From Bacilli bacterium (GTDB lineage: Bacteria; Bacillota_I; Bacilli_A; RFN20; CAG-826), in assembly GCA_024408565.1 (NCBI GenBank), contig JAKSUW010000002.1, forward strand, positions 31,993 through 95,992: DNA of 64,000 nucleotides, read 5' to 3'. Positions 1 through 9,414 of this stretch are shown piece by piece (position 1 is the first letter of the stretch; each line of letters opens with the position of its first letter). The position numbers and the translations under genes were made by a program. The notes under the pieces were generated by a model. That model ran no database searches. It had not been told where the DNA came from and worked only from the letters and a program-made list of their open reading frames with translations.

Positions 1-699
1 GATAATGACATCCATTTTGCCTGACGGGCATTCTTTTGCATCTAAGCCTTCAATTGCTTCTTGCGCGGTATTACGCGCAATTTGATTAATATCTAAGGTT
101 TTAAAATAATCCATGTTACCCGTAGTGCCTGGAATAGCAAAGGCGCTTTCGTGTTGGTCGCCACGGCTAGCTTCCGCGCGGAACACTAAACGAGTATGTT
201 CGCGGGAGTCTTTGACATGTAAACCATCACTATTATAAATTTCGATTTTTTTCTGATCACCGACAAAGGATACAAGAGCGCGTGTTACTAATGGTGAAAC
301 TTCTTTCATCGCTTGAGTTGCTTGTTTTAAAACGGCAATTTTTTCTTGAATTGGTGTTTTAAAATAAGCGCCATCGTTGGGATTAATGTTTTTTACTCGT
401 TGATTGATAAAATCACGGCATTCCACGACTTTTTGTCCATGAAAACCATTCGCTAATTTTTGGGCGAGCGCGATTAAGCGGCCCCCTTTTAAATCATTGG
501 TGTAACCATAAACACTATGATCACCTTTTAGTAAACGAATACCAACGCCGGAAGAAGATACATTCGCAACGCCTTCAAGCACGCCATTATCAAGATTAAT
601 TGCGTTTTTCTTTTCTTCTTCGTAATAAAGTTCAGCAAAATCGGCGCCTGAAACGAGGCCCGCTTCTAAGACTTGTTTAGCGAGTTTTTTACTAATCAT
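1..699 (-). CDS. TldD/PmbA family (peptidase U62) protein, N-terminal part; gene runs off the window start
   Basis: Minus-strand frame open to position 1. N-terminus MISKKLAKQVLEAGLVSGADFAELYYEEEKKNAINLDNGVLEGV... resembles the TldD N-terminus (E. coli ...DYGDLYFQ...). ATG at 699..697, overlapping the stop of the upstream gene. Confidence 0.55.
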   Translation of the reverse strand, partial: MISKKLAKQVLEAGLVSGADFAELYYEEEKKNAINLDNGVLEGVANVSSSGVGIRLLKGDHSVYGYTNDLKGGRLIALAQKLANGFHGQKVVECRDFINQRVKNINPNDGAYFKTPIQEKIAVLKQATQAMKEVSPLVTRALVSFVGDQKKIEIYNSDGLHVKDSREHTRLVFRAEASRGDQHESAFAIPGTTGNMDYFKTLDINQIARNTAQEAIEGLDAKECPSGKMDVII

Positions 700-1885
700 T
701 GGTGTAATTGTCGAAATATCCTTGGACTAAAATAATCGGCGTACCCTTATCGCCTGAACCACTAGTGAGATCACACAATGAACCTAATAAATCGGTGAGA
801 AGACGCGGAGTAGTGCCTTGTGTCGCCATCGTGCCTTTTAAATCTTTGGCTTTATTTTTAATTGATTGAGAAATAGCCGCTTTTAATTCTTCGCCTTTTA
901 AATCTTTGAAGTCATTGTCGGCAAGATATTTAAGTTTTAATTCGTTTGGCGTACCGATTAAACCATCAGTGTGGAAAGGCGAAACAACCGGATCGGCTAA
1001 TTCCCAAATTTTTCCTTGGGGATCTTTGAAAGCGCCGTCACCATAAACCATCACTTCAACGTGTTTACCGGTTTTTTTAAGGATGTCATTTTGAATTTTC
1101 TCCACTAATCCTTGTGCGTCACGGGGGAATAATTTAACAGTAGTTTCAGTAGCTTTATTAGTGCCTAAAAGACCATAATCTTTGTTATAGCCACTCCCGT
1201 TAATAGAACTAGTTAATATGTCATCAAGTCCTAAAACAATCTGTGCACCCGCAGCTTTTAATAAGCGCTTAGTTCTTGCACGAGTGTGAATATCGCAAGT
1301 TAAAATTTTCTTTGTGTAATTAAGAATTGCTTTTGGCTGATTAGCGAAAATTACTTCAGCGGTCGCGCCTTCACCTTCAATTAATTTAATGTAGTATTCG
1401 ATATAATCCACGCCAGTAAATTCGTGTTTACGGAAACCAAATAATTGCCGATACCGTTCAAGTGTTAAGACATCGGAATAAGGATTAATGCCTTTCGCAT
1501 CTAAGTCATCATAGGTTAATAAGGAATTACCAACTTCATCACTTGGATAAGAAAGCATTAGAATAATTTTCTTAGCACCACGCGCAATACCTTTTAAAAG
1601 TACGCTGAAGCGGTTCCGTGAATAAATCGGAAAGATAACACCGATGGTGTCGCCACCAAGTTTGTTTTTAATATCTTGACCAATAGCATCGATACTAGCG
1701 TAGTTACCTTGAGCCCGTGCCACGACAGATTCAGTAACCGCGATGACATCTTTATCACGTAAAGAGAAATGATCAGTTTGGCCCGCGGTCAAAACACTAT
1801 CGACAACAATTTGGGCTAGGTTATCGCCCTCTTTGATAATAGGGCAACGAATTCCTCTTGAGATTGTTCCAACGTTTCGAGCCAT
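692..1885 (-). CDS. CofE-like protein (F420-0:gamma-glutamyl ligase superfamily, long ~400-aa Firmicute type); function unknown
   Basis: 397 aa. GIRCPIIKEGDNLAQIV...DKDVIAVTESVVARAQG matches the CofE N-terminal signature (P-LIKEGDDLAELI...GDVLVV.S.VISKAEGR). AAGGAG RBS 8 nt upstream of the ATG at 1885. Confidence 0.4.
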   Translation of the reverse strand: MARNVGTISRGIRCPIIKEGDNLAQIVVDSVLTAGQTDHFSLRDKDVIAVTESVVARAQGNYASIDAIGQDIKNKLGGDTIGVIFPIYSRNRFSVLLKGIARGAKKIILMLSYPSDEVGNSLLTYDDLDAKGINPYSDVLTLERYRQLFGFRKHEFTGVDYIEYYIKLIEGEGATAEVIFANQPKAILNYTKKILTCDIHTRARTKRLLKAAGAQIVLGLDDILTSSINGSGYNKDYGLLGTNKATETTVKLFPRDAQGLVEKIQNDILKKTGKHVEVMVYGDGAFKDPQGKIWELADPVVSPFHTDGLIGTPNELKLKYLADNDFKDLKGEELKAAISQSIKNKAKDLKGTMATQGTTPRLLTDLLGSLCDLTSGSGDKGTPIILVQGYFDNYTND

Positions 1886-1966
1886 TATTTTCTCCTTACT
1901 ATTTCTGCAGCGTATTATTTTACCATACTGGTAAAAAAGTGAGAATTATTTTCATTGATATATAAA

Positions 1967-2044
1967 TTTATATTTATAAATAAATATAGATAAATATTCG
2001 CGTCATCCCAGTGTTAATTTGCATATTTACTATATGAGGAGGGG
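1967..2044 (+). repeat. Copy 1 of a ~75-nt intergenic repeat: AT-rich quasi-palindromic core TTTATATTTATAAATAAATATAGATAAATATT + ATTCGCGTC + spacer + TACTATAT + GAGGAGG
   Basis: Near-identical 38-nt core also at ~38083-38120 (1 mismatch). The whole element recurs inverted at ~58975-59050. Ends in an SD-like GGAGG 7 nt before an ATG (2049). Confidence 0.6.
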
Positions 2045-2112
2045 ATTTATGGTCCGCTTCTTAGGAGTCGTCGAATTGGGGATCGACACGTGTGGCAAGA
2101 AAAGGAGGCGCG

Positions 2113-2175
2113 ATGAGCGACACTCTCATCTTGTTAATATTGGTGTTGTTGTTAGCGATCGTTATTAAGGGCTAA
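2113..2175 (+). CDS. Hypothetical 20-aa hydrophobic micro-ORF (MSDTLILLILVLLLAIVIKG) in the ABC-operon leader
   Basis: ATG preceded by AAAGGAGG (4-nt spacer). Single predicted TM helix. Stop followed 7 nt later by hairpin GGATGGG-acaaa-CCCATCC. Overlaps an alternative 39-aa ORF (2049..2168, MVRFLGVVELGIDTCGKKRRRDERHSHLVNIGVVVSDRY) that is also RBS-preceded. Confidence 0.2.
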   Translation: MSDTLILLILVLLLAIVIKG

Positions 2176-2182
2176 CAAAAAA

Positions 2183-2201
2183 GGATGGGACAAACCCATC
2201 C
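2183..2201 (+). promoter_or_regulatory. GC-rich hairpin (GGATGGG/CCCATCC, loop ACAAA) right after the micro-ORF stop
   Basis: Perfect 7-bp inverted repeat read in the sequence. No U-run follows, so not a classic intrinsic terminator. Confidence 0.4.
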
Positions 2202-2257
2202 TAATCAACCCAAATATATTTTACCATACCTCTGTCGAAACTCAAGCCCTCATCTCC

Positions 2258-2275
2258 CGGCGCCTCCGGGCGCCG
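2258..2275 (+). promoter_or_regulatory. Strong GC hairpin (CGGCGCC-tccg-GGCGCCG) 12 nt upstream of the ABC start codon
   Basis: 7-bp all-GC stem, in a genome that is ~36% GC. No SD sequence between it and ATG 2287. Confidence 0.4.
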
Positions 2276-2286
2276 CTACAAATGTT

Positions 2287-4326
2287 ATGTATCGATTAGT
2301 TAATGTTAGCAAACAATATAGTAAGCAAAACGTCTTACACCATGTGACCCTTACTTTTCCTACGCACGGTTTAGTAGCGATTGTGGGTAAATCAGGGTCG
2401 GGGAAGTCGACTTTATTAAATTTACTTTCAGGAATCGACCATCCCACAACTGGTACAGTGATGTATGGTGGCGATGATTTAAACAAATTTAATGCGGCAG
2501 AACTAAAAACCTATCAAAATGAAAAACTTGGTATTTTATTTCAACACTTTAATCTCTTTAATGATTTAACAAGTATGCAAAATGTGGTGATACCAGCACT
2601 TATTAAAGGCGAGAAGAAAGCAAAAGCGTATGAATCCGCTGCTAAATTATTTAAGCAATATCATTTGGAGAATTTAAAAGAACAAAAATATGGAACATTA
2701 TCAGGTGGAGAAAAACAACGAGTGGCGTTATTACGCGCTTTGATTAATCATCCAGAAGTGATATTAGCTGATGAACCAACCGGTGCACTGGATAGTAAGA
2801 ATAGCATCTTAGTGATGGATGAACTTAAGAAACTAGCGAAAGATTATTTAGTCATTGTCGTTTCCCATAATGATGCATTAATTCGTCAATATGAGGATTA
2901 CCGTATTAATATCGTAAACGGGAACGTGAGTCCTCTATCAGCGGTACCGACACAAAAGAAAATTGTTAAACATCAACGGCATAGCAATCATCTTTTAATG
3001 CAAACATTTTTAAAATTGCATTTAAGTAAGCATCGTGTTCGTAACTTAATTAGTTTAGCTGCGATTAGTTTCTCCACACTAAGTTTTTTATTATCAGTGG
3101 GTTATATTAACGGCTCAAACGCTTCACGAGCAAAGTATGAGCAAGAATCACTCCTATATAACTCGGCCACCATCGCTAAGAAAACCATTATTGAATTGCC
3201 AAATTCGCCAATTAAAATTTCTAAATTATCTCGACCAAACGACGAGGAATTAACGTTTTTGACGGATGAACTAGCAAGTGTAGAAGTGGTGAATAATTAC
3301 CAAACCGTTTTTCCAAACGCACCAGTTTTTATCTTTGATCAACAGGAAATTAATGATATCGATTTTGCTCCTGTTTATGATTTCCATATTTATCAAGATT
3401 TATTAATCACTGGGAAAATGCCATCACCAAATTTTCAAGAAATTATTGTTAATACCGAATTTATCAATCGTTTCGGATACCAAAAAGAAAATATTATTGG
3501 TCGTAATTTGCGGCTATCAAGTATTGTGACGATTAATAGCAAAGTTGGTAGTGATTATATAAAAGATATCATTTCTTATTCGGATGAATTAACGATTACC
3601 GGTGTAGTGGAAGAGTTTGCCTATCTTAATATGCCGCGCGTTTATTATTCATATTTGGGTTTACAGCATAAATTGAAAAACACTTTACTTGTTAATTACT
3701 CGCATGCGCTTGGCTATAACGCGACAATAGATGAATTAGTGAGCAACGCGACAAGTGATGATCCTAACAGTGGCTATGCCTATTACTTATTTATAAAAGA
3801 TATCAAAGAAATGAATCGCTTATACCAATTAAAAGTAGAGCACGATCGATTAAACGACTTTGATATTGCCTCAACTACTTATTTAATCGCGGGGTCTTAT
3901 GAAGATATGACTAATATCATCGCCACCTCACTAGTGGTTTTTCTAATTTTGACGCTGTTAGCGACACTTACAATTATCATTATTGCTTCTTATTCTAACT
4001 ACACGCAAAACAAGCAAGAAAGCGCGATTTTATCGGTTTTAGGAGCCAAGCGAAATGATATATTTAGCATTTTTAATGCAGAAAATTTATTAGTTGCAAT
4101 TGTCGGTTTACTCCTTGCGTTTATTTTGGCGTTCCCAATGCAATTATTAGCCAACCAAATTATCGCGAACGCTTTCCATCTAACAAATTTAATTGTGGTG
4201 CCGTTTATTAGCTATTTGTCACCACTAATCATATTGTCGGTTTTGCTACTTACTTCGTTAGCGGCTTTTATTCCTTTTATGTTTTATGAGAAAAATTATA
4301 TTTTGGAGGAATTAAAAGACGAATGA
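2287..4326 (+). CDS. MacB-type fused ABC transporter: N-terminal ATP-binding domain + FtsX-like permease with a ~270-aa extracytoplasmic domain
   Basis: Walker A GKSGSGKST, signature [15 protein letters not shown], Walker B ILADEPT. One TM after the ATPase, a large hydrophilic domain, then three C-terminal TM helices (MacB/FtsX topology). I place the start at M of MYRLVNVSKQY (in frame with track ORF 2185); the upstream 34 codons are Pro-rich translation of the GC hairpins. Confidence 0.8.
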   Translation: MYRLVNVSKQYSKQNVLHHVTLTFPTHGLVAIVGKSGSGKSTLLNLLSGIDHPTTGTVMYGGDDLNKFNAAELKTYQNEKLGILFQHFNLFNDLTSMQNVVIPALIKGEKKAKAYESAAKLFKQYHLENLKEQKYGTLSGGEKQRVALLRALINHPEVILADEPTGALDSKNSILVMDELKKLAKDYLVIVVSHNDALIRQYEDYRINIVNGNVSPLSAVPTQKKIVKHQRHSNHLLMQTFLKLHLSKHRVRNLISLAAISFSTLSFLLSVGYINGSNASRAKYEQESLLYNSATIAKKTIIELPNSPIKISKLSRPNDEELTFLTDELASVEVVNNYQTVFPNAPVFIFDQQEINDIDFAPVYDFHIYQDLLITGKMPSPNFQEIIVNTEFINRFGYQKENIIGRNLRLSSIVTINSKVGSDYIKDIISYSDELTITGVVEEFAYLNMPRVYYSYLGLQHKLKNTLLVNYSHALGYNATIDELVSNATSDDPNSGYAYYLFIKDIKEMNRLYQLKVEHDRLNDFDIASTTYLIAGSYEDMTNIIATSLVVFLILTLLATLTIIIIASYSNYTQNKQESAILSVLGAKRNDIFSIFNAENLLVAIVGLLLAFILAFPMQLLANQIIANAFHLTNLIVVPFISYLSPLIILSVLLLTSLAAFIPFMFYEKNYILEELKDE

Positions 4327-7070
4327 TATCACTTAATAAGATTTCCAAACGTTATAAAAATCCGGTGGTAAATAATTTTTCTTATACCTTTAAAAACCGT
4401 GGATTAATCGTGGTTTTAGGGAGCAGCGGTTCAGGAAAGAGCACACTTTTAAACCTTATCAGTGGAGTTGATTTAGATTACCAAGGAGAGATCCAACTAG
4501 ATGGCACTAATTTACGACTTTTAAATCTAACCGAACAAAGTAGTTTTCGTCTTAACCAAACCGGTTATGTTTTCCAAGATTTTAAATTACTAAATTTACT
4601 CAGTGTGAAGGATAATGTTTTGTTTAATTTAGACGCAATTGCTTCCGTAAGTAAAAGCATGAAAGAAGAGATGCTTGACCGGGCACTTAATTATGTTGGT
4701 TTAATGCCCAAAAAGAATGTAGCGGTGAAGTCATTAAGTGGGGGAGAAAAACAACGGGTGGCAATCGCTCGTGCAATTGTGACTGAACCGAAATATTTAT
4801 TGTGCGATGAACCAACCGGAAATCTCGATGATAAGACGGCTATTCAGATTTTTGAATTATTAAAAAAATATAGCGAGACTCATCTAGTCATAGTAGTGTC
4901 ACATGACCAAGAAAAATCATATAGTTATGCGGACGAAATCATTCATTTACAAGATGGGGAAATTCAAACAGTTGAAAAACTACATCCGATTGATGAAAGA
5001 AAGTTACCGAACGCCAAAATTGAAAAGAAAAAATGGCCGAGATTATCACTTAATTTATTGTTGCGAGCTGGCGTTAGAAAAATGAAAGAGAAAAAATGGC
5101 GTTCAGCCTTTGTTAATCTCTTGTCTTCTAGTTCGCTACTCGCATTAGGGGTCGGAGTGATGATTGCCACTACTCTACGCAACCAAATTATTGAATCTTT
5201 CAATAACGTTGTGGAGGAAAATGAGATTCTTGTTAGTAAACGGAACGCTGACCCTAATCCTTATTCTTATTACATCTCTACACCGGAAGATGAAGTGCGT
5301 ACTTTATATGAAGAATACGGTGATTATTGTTATGACATGGGTGTTATGTATCTTAATAATTTCAATACATTTTTTACAACTTATGACCGTGTGAATCTTC
5401 GTTATATGGAAGATTTTAAAGTGCCACTTCCCTCTTTTCATAGCGCGCTATTTGTGAATTATGTTTGGCCGGAAGAAAAAATAATTAATCGTTTTTATCC
5501 AGATTTTTCCGGTAAGTTAAGTATCGATGAAGTCATTATTGGTATTACGTATAGTCAAATGGTTACGCTTTGTCAATCACTCCAAATTCAAAGGTCTTTC
5601 GAAGCCCTAGGAGCATATCTTGAAGCGAAGGAAATTATGTTGTCACTAGAAGTTGCTAATGCCGATTGGGAATATGAAGACAAACAAGTTATGCGCTTAA
5701 AGGCAGTTTATAACTCAAGTGTTCCTGAGGTATACCATACAAACCATTATTTTAATCAGAACCTATTTGAAGAGAAGATGCGATTCCCAATTACTTTAGA
5801 TATCAATGCGACTGATTTAGCACCATTTACTTTAAAGAAAGTATTTACCCTCCACACGATTGAAGCACCAACTAATTTAATTGAAGAAGTCACTTATGAA
5901 GCACGTTTTAACGATATTTTATTAGAACGGAGTGAAAACTTTTTAAAAGATACATGTGTAACAACCGATAGCTGTTTACGAAATGTTTTACTAGTATTCA
6001 CCTTAGACAAAAATACAGTTAATGTTTCTGACATCATTTACTTTAAGCGGGTGGCGAACGCAATCAAAGCTTATTACCCATCAACTTATGGTGGTTATCA
6101 AATGCATAGCAGTGGGTTACTAGCGGGTTTTGTCAGTAACATTGGTTTTTCTTTTGATGAAGAGAAAATTGTCGCGGTCGGTGATTATTTCGCTAAACAA
6201 ACAGAGGGAGAAATGGAAGATTTTCCAGGAGTCGCTATCGGCAGTATGACTCGTTTTAATAATCATGGCGTATTGTTTTCGAGTGACTTATCAAATATTG
6301 AACAAGGTGAAGCGCCAACTAGCTATGACGAAATTGTTTTGTCTACGGGATTAATCGATTATTTAGGCATAAAGACTAATCCGATTGGTGAAAAACTTTA
6401 TTATTGTATGTATTCTTCAACTCTTGATGCTGTCATCATTCATGAATTTGTGGTGACGGGTATCGTCAATAATCCACAAAATTATCTTTACCATTTTCCC
6501 TTATTCACTATTTCCTTTTTCCGTGATCGCTTAGGTGTTTCTTCTTTTAATTTATTACCAACTTCGTTAGTTTTAACTTTTGATGAAGGCGTAAACATGG
6601 ATTTGTTGGTTAGCGATTTATCCGCCGCTTTTAAAGATTATCAATTTACCTCGCCACTTGTTGAAATTGGCAAAACGGTTGATGAAGTAATGAGCTATGT
6701 CAAAACGATTGCCTTTATTTTTATTGGTGTAACACTAGTCGTTACAATTATGCTTTTATCACTCATTGCTTATTTAAATACATTAGAAAATAAAAAAGAT
6801 GTCGGTTTACTAAAACATCTTGGTCATCCACGGGAAACCATTATGCAATATATGCTCTCTCATACTTTAGTGATGTCGTTAATCGCTACTGGATTAGCAG
6901 TACTAGAAATGCTCGTCTTACAAATCTTTATGTCGGGTGCGATGGCTAGTCTTTTCGGTGGTGGGACCATTTTAAACATTTCACCATTACCGTTCCTTAT
7001 TATTGTGGTGGTCGGCCTATCATTGCCGTTATTAATTACCGGAATTATTACGCGTTTGTCGCTTCATTAA
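4323..7070 (+). CDS. Second MacB-type fused ABC ATPase/FtsX-like permease (915 aa) with a ~500-aa extracytoplasmic domain
   Basis: Walker [33 protein letters not shown] ~residue 260, long hydrophilic domain, three C-terminal TM helices. ATGA overlap with the previous gene, so probably a heterodimeric partner. Confidence 0.8.
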   Translation: MISLNKISKRYKNPVVNNFSYTFKNRGLIVVLGSSGSGKSTLLNLISGVDLDYQGEIQLDGTNLRLLNLTEQSSFRLNQTGYVFQDFKLLNLLSVKDNVLFNLDAIASVSKSMKEEMLDRALNYVGLMPKKNVAVKSLSGGEKQRVAIARAIVTEPKYLLCDEPTGNLDDKTAIQIFELLKKYSETHLVIVVSHDQEKSYSYADEIIHLQDGEIQTVEKLHPIDERKLPNAKIEKKKWPRLSLNLLLRAGVRKMKEKKWRSAFVNLLSSSSLLALGVGVMIATTLRNQIIESFNNVVEENEILVSKRNADPNPYSYYISTPEDEVRTLYEEYGDYCYDMGVMYLNNFNTFFTTYDRVNLRYMEDFKVPLPSFHSALFVNYVWPEEKIINRFYPDFSGKLSIDEVIIGITYSQMVTLCQSLQIQRSFEALGAYLEAKEIMLSLEVANADWEYEDKQVMRLKAVYNSSVPEVYHTNHYFNQNLFEEKMRFPITLDINATDLAPFTLKKVFTLHTIEAPTNLIEEVTYEARFNDILLERSENFLKDTCVTTDSCLRNVLLVFTLDKNTVNVSDIIYFKRVANAIKAYYPSTYGGYQMHSSGLLAGFVSNIGFSFDEEKIVAVGDYFAKQTEGEMEDFPGVAIGSMTRFNNHGVLFSSDLSNIEQGEAPTSYDEIVLSTGLIDYLGIKTNPIGEKLYYCMYSSTLDAVIIHEFVVTGIVNNPQNYLYHFPLFTISFFRDRLGVSSFNLLPTSLVLTFDEGVNMDLLVSDLSAAFKDYQFTSPLVEIGKTVDEVMSYVKTIAFIFIGVTLVVTIMLLSLIAYLNTLENKKDVGLLKHLGHPRETIMQYMLSHTLVMSLIATGLAVLEMLVLQIFMSGAMASLFGGGTILNISPLPFLIIVVVGLSLPLLITGIITRLSLH

Positions 7071-7739
7071 ATCTTTAATGTCTTCGATGCATTCACCTAG
7101 ATGTTTGTGGACACGATAGGCATTTTTTGATAGTTCAGGATCAACGACGGATGTGCCATGAACAAGAATACATTTAATGTTTGCTCTAGTCGCACTCAAA
7201 AGACCAGATTCGGTATCTTCAATAGCGATAGCTTCTTCGGGCTTAACATTAAAAGCGGCAAGAGCGATCTGGTAAGGATACGGATTAGGTTTAGTGAGAT
7301 GACATAATTCTTTTGATACGGTATGTTCAAAATCATTTGGGTTAATGCCGCCATCGGAAATCATCCGATTAATCAATTTTTTGTCAGAGCAAGAGACTAA
7401 TCCCATATGCAACTTTTGTTCTTTGACAAAATTTACTAATTCTACCGCTCCGGGGCGGGATGCAAAACGATGTGTTTTTTCGATTTGGTCAAAATGTTTA
7501 CGGTAAGCGCAAGTAATGTCAAAAATCTTGGCATCAGGAAATTGTTTTTTAATACGTGAAAAAGTTGATTGATCCGAATGGCCAGAAAGTTCATCGTAAT
7601 AATATTTATTAGCTTCTTCATCGCTTACCGTACTATTCGGTTCAAGTTCACGATAAGTTTGTAACCACGCTAGGGCGTAAAGCGGTTCGGAGTCTACTAA
7701 AGTACCATCGACATCAAACAACACGACTTTAATACTCAT
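7032..7739 (-). CDS. HAD-IA family hydrolase (beta-phosphoglucomutase/phosphatase-like)
   Basis: N-terminal motif I VVLFDVDGTLVDSE, 235 aa. Its 3' end overlaps the convergent ABC gene by 39 nt. Confidence 0.7.
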   Translation of the reverse strand: MSIKVVLFDVDGTLVDSEPLYALAWLQTYRELEPNSTVSDEEANKYYYDELSGHSDQSTFSRIKKQFPDAKIFDITCAYRKHFDQIEKTHRFASRPGAVELVNFVKEQKLHMGLVSCSDKKLINRMISDGGINPNDFEHTVSKELCHLTKPNPYPYQIALAAFNVKPEEAIAIEDTESGLLSATRANIKCILVHGTSVVDPELSKNAYRVHKHLGECIEDIKDLMKRQTRNNSGN

Positions 7740-7823
7740 GGTATTATTCTATTCTTATTCTATTTTTATCTCCAATAAAGTTAGACTTTAATAAAAAATA
7801 ATAATTGTTATAATTATTATACG

Positions 7824-8936
7824 ATGGCACTTAAGGCAGGAATTGTTGGTCTACCAAATGTCGGCAAATCGACACTTTTTAACGCAATTACTAACTCCCA
7901 TGTTGAGGCTGCTAACTATCCATTTGCGACGATTAATCCTAACACTGGGGTGGTTATGGTGCCTGATCAACGTTTAGATTTTTTAAGTCAAGCCTTTAAA
8001 CCCAAGAAAACGATTTATGCGACCTTTGAATTCTATGATATTGCTGGTTTAGTGAAAGGCGCTAGTAAGGGCGAGGGATTAGGTAACCAATTTTTAGCCC
8101 ACATTCGTGAATGCGACGCGATTGTCGAAGTCGTGCGGTGTTTTGATAACCCCGATATTATCCATGTTGAGGGCTCTGTTGATCCTAAACGCGATATTGA
8201 AACAATTAATTTAGAACTCGCGATGGCGGATTTAGATACGGTGAATAAACGCCTAGCCAAAGTTGAAACTAAAGCAAGAACGAGTAAAGACAAACAATCA
8301 TTATTTGAATGTAGTGCGCTTAAGAAAGTGAGTGAAGCACTTAATCAAAACAAGAGCATTCGTAACCTTACTTATACAGAAGATGAGTTTAATTATCTAT
8401 TTAAAGAAATTCACCTTTTATCATTAAAACCAATTATTTATGTCGCCAATGTAAGTGAAGATGATTATGCTAATTTAAATAATGCGAAATATCTCAAAGT
8501 GGTACAAGATATCGCGAGTGAGGAACACGCTCAAGTGATTCCAGTATCGTGCGAAATCGAATACCAAATTTCGACTTTACCACCAAACGAACGCAAAGAA
8601 TTTTTAGCTTCACTTAACCAAACTGAATCGGGCTTAGATAAGTTAGTGAAGGCAAGTTATCAACTTTTAAATCTGTCGACTTTCTTTACGGTTGGTGCCG
8701 ATGAATGTCGCGCTTGGACGTTTAAAAACGGAATGTTAGCACCTGATTGTGCTGGTATCATTCATACCGATTTTAAAAAAGGTTTTATTAAAGCCGAAGT
8801 TTATTCTTATGACGACTTTAAAACGCTTGGTAGTGAACAAGCGATTAAAGAAAGTGGTAAATTAAGAATGGAAGGAAAGGAGTATAAATTTCAAGATGGC
8901 GATGTAGTCTTCTTTAAATTTAATGTTTCAAAATGA
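7824..8936 (+). CDS. ychF: Ribosome-binding ATPase YchF
   Basis: [24 protein letters not shown]-domain, C-terminal TGS-like domain, 370 aa. Confidence 0.9.
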   Translation: MALKAGIVGLPNVGKSTLFNAITNSHVEAANYPFATINPNTGVVMVPDQRLDFLSQAFKPKKTIYATFEFYDIAGLVKGASKGEGLGNQFLAHIRECDAIVEVVRCFDNPDIIHVEGSVDPKRDIETINLELAMADLDTVNKRLAKVETKARTSKDKQSLFECSALKKVSEALNQNKSIRNLTYTEDEFNYLFKEIHLLSLKPIIYVANVSEDDYANLNNAKYLKVVQDIASEEHAQVIPVSCEIEYQISTLPPNERKEFLASLNQTESGLDKLVKASYQLLNLSTFFTVGADECRAWTFKNGMLAPDCAGIIHTDFKKGFIKAEVYSYDDFKTLGSEQAIKESGKLRMEGKEYKFQDGDVVFFKFNVSK

Positions 8937-9412
8937 TTAGAATCGGTTTTGCCAAAGACATTCATAAATTAGTTGCGAAGCGTAAACTCATGCTTGCGGG
9001 TATTCACATTCCCTTTCCGAAAGGCGAGCAGGCCCATAGCGATGGCGACGTGATTATTCACGCGGTGAGTGAAGCACTCTTAGGCGCACTAGCGCTTGGT
9101 GACTTAGGAACCCATTTCCCCGATACTGATTCGGCTTATAAAAATATGGCGGGGAAAATTATTTTGTCGCGGGTCTATACTTTAATTAAGAAAAAAGGAT
9201 ATTATATCCAAAACATCGATATTTCCGTGGAATTAGAGAAACCAAAGTTAGCGAAATACATCAATAAAATGCGGCAATCTTTAGCGGATATTTTAAAAAT
9301 TAAATTATCCCAAGTTTCCATTAAAGCCAGCACCAATGAAGGTTTAGGTGAAGTTGGACATGCGCAAGCGGTGATTGCAAACGCAATTGTGTTATTAAAG
9401 AGCGAGAAATAA
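8933..9412 (+). CDS. ispF: 2-C-methyl-D-erythritol 2,4-cyclodiphosphate synthase (MEP pathway)
   Basis: RIGFAKDIHKL (Asp/His zinc ligands) and HSDGDVIIHAVSEALLGALALGDLGTHFPDTD align with E. coli IspF ([32 protein letters not shown]). ATGA overlap with ychF. Confidence 0.8.
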   Translation: MIRIGFAKDIHKLVAKRKLMLAGIHIPFPKGEQAHSDGDVIIHAVSEALLGALALGDLGTHFPDTDSAYKNMAGKIILSRVYTLIKKKGYYIQNIDISVELEKPKLAKYINKMRQSLADILKIKLSQVSIKASTNEGLGEVGHAQAVIANAIVLLKSEK

Positions 9413-9414
9413 TT

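Noticed and set aside
2185-2286. N-terminal 34-codon extension of the first ABC ORF (MGQTHPNQPKYILPYLCRNSSPHLPAPPGAATNV)
   Set aside because: Pro-rich, low-complexity translation of two GC hairpins. The canonical ABC N-terminus begins at MYRLVNVSKQY (2287). No RBS precedes 2185 either.
2250-2486. Antisense 78-aa ORF overlapping the ABC start
   Set aside because: Lies opposite a conserved Walker-A-encoding region; it is the usual spurious opposite-strand frame.
4903-5394. Three short ORFs (4903..5085 +, 4964..5203 -, 5164..5394 +) inside the second ABC gene
   Set aside because: Alternative frames within a long conserved CDS; no RBS and no motif.
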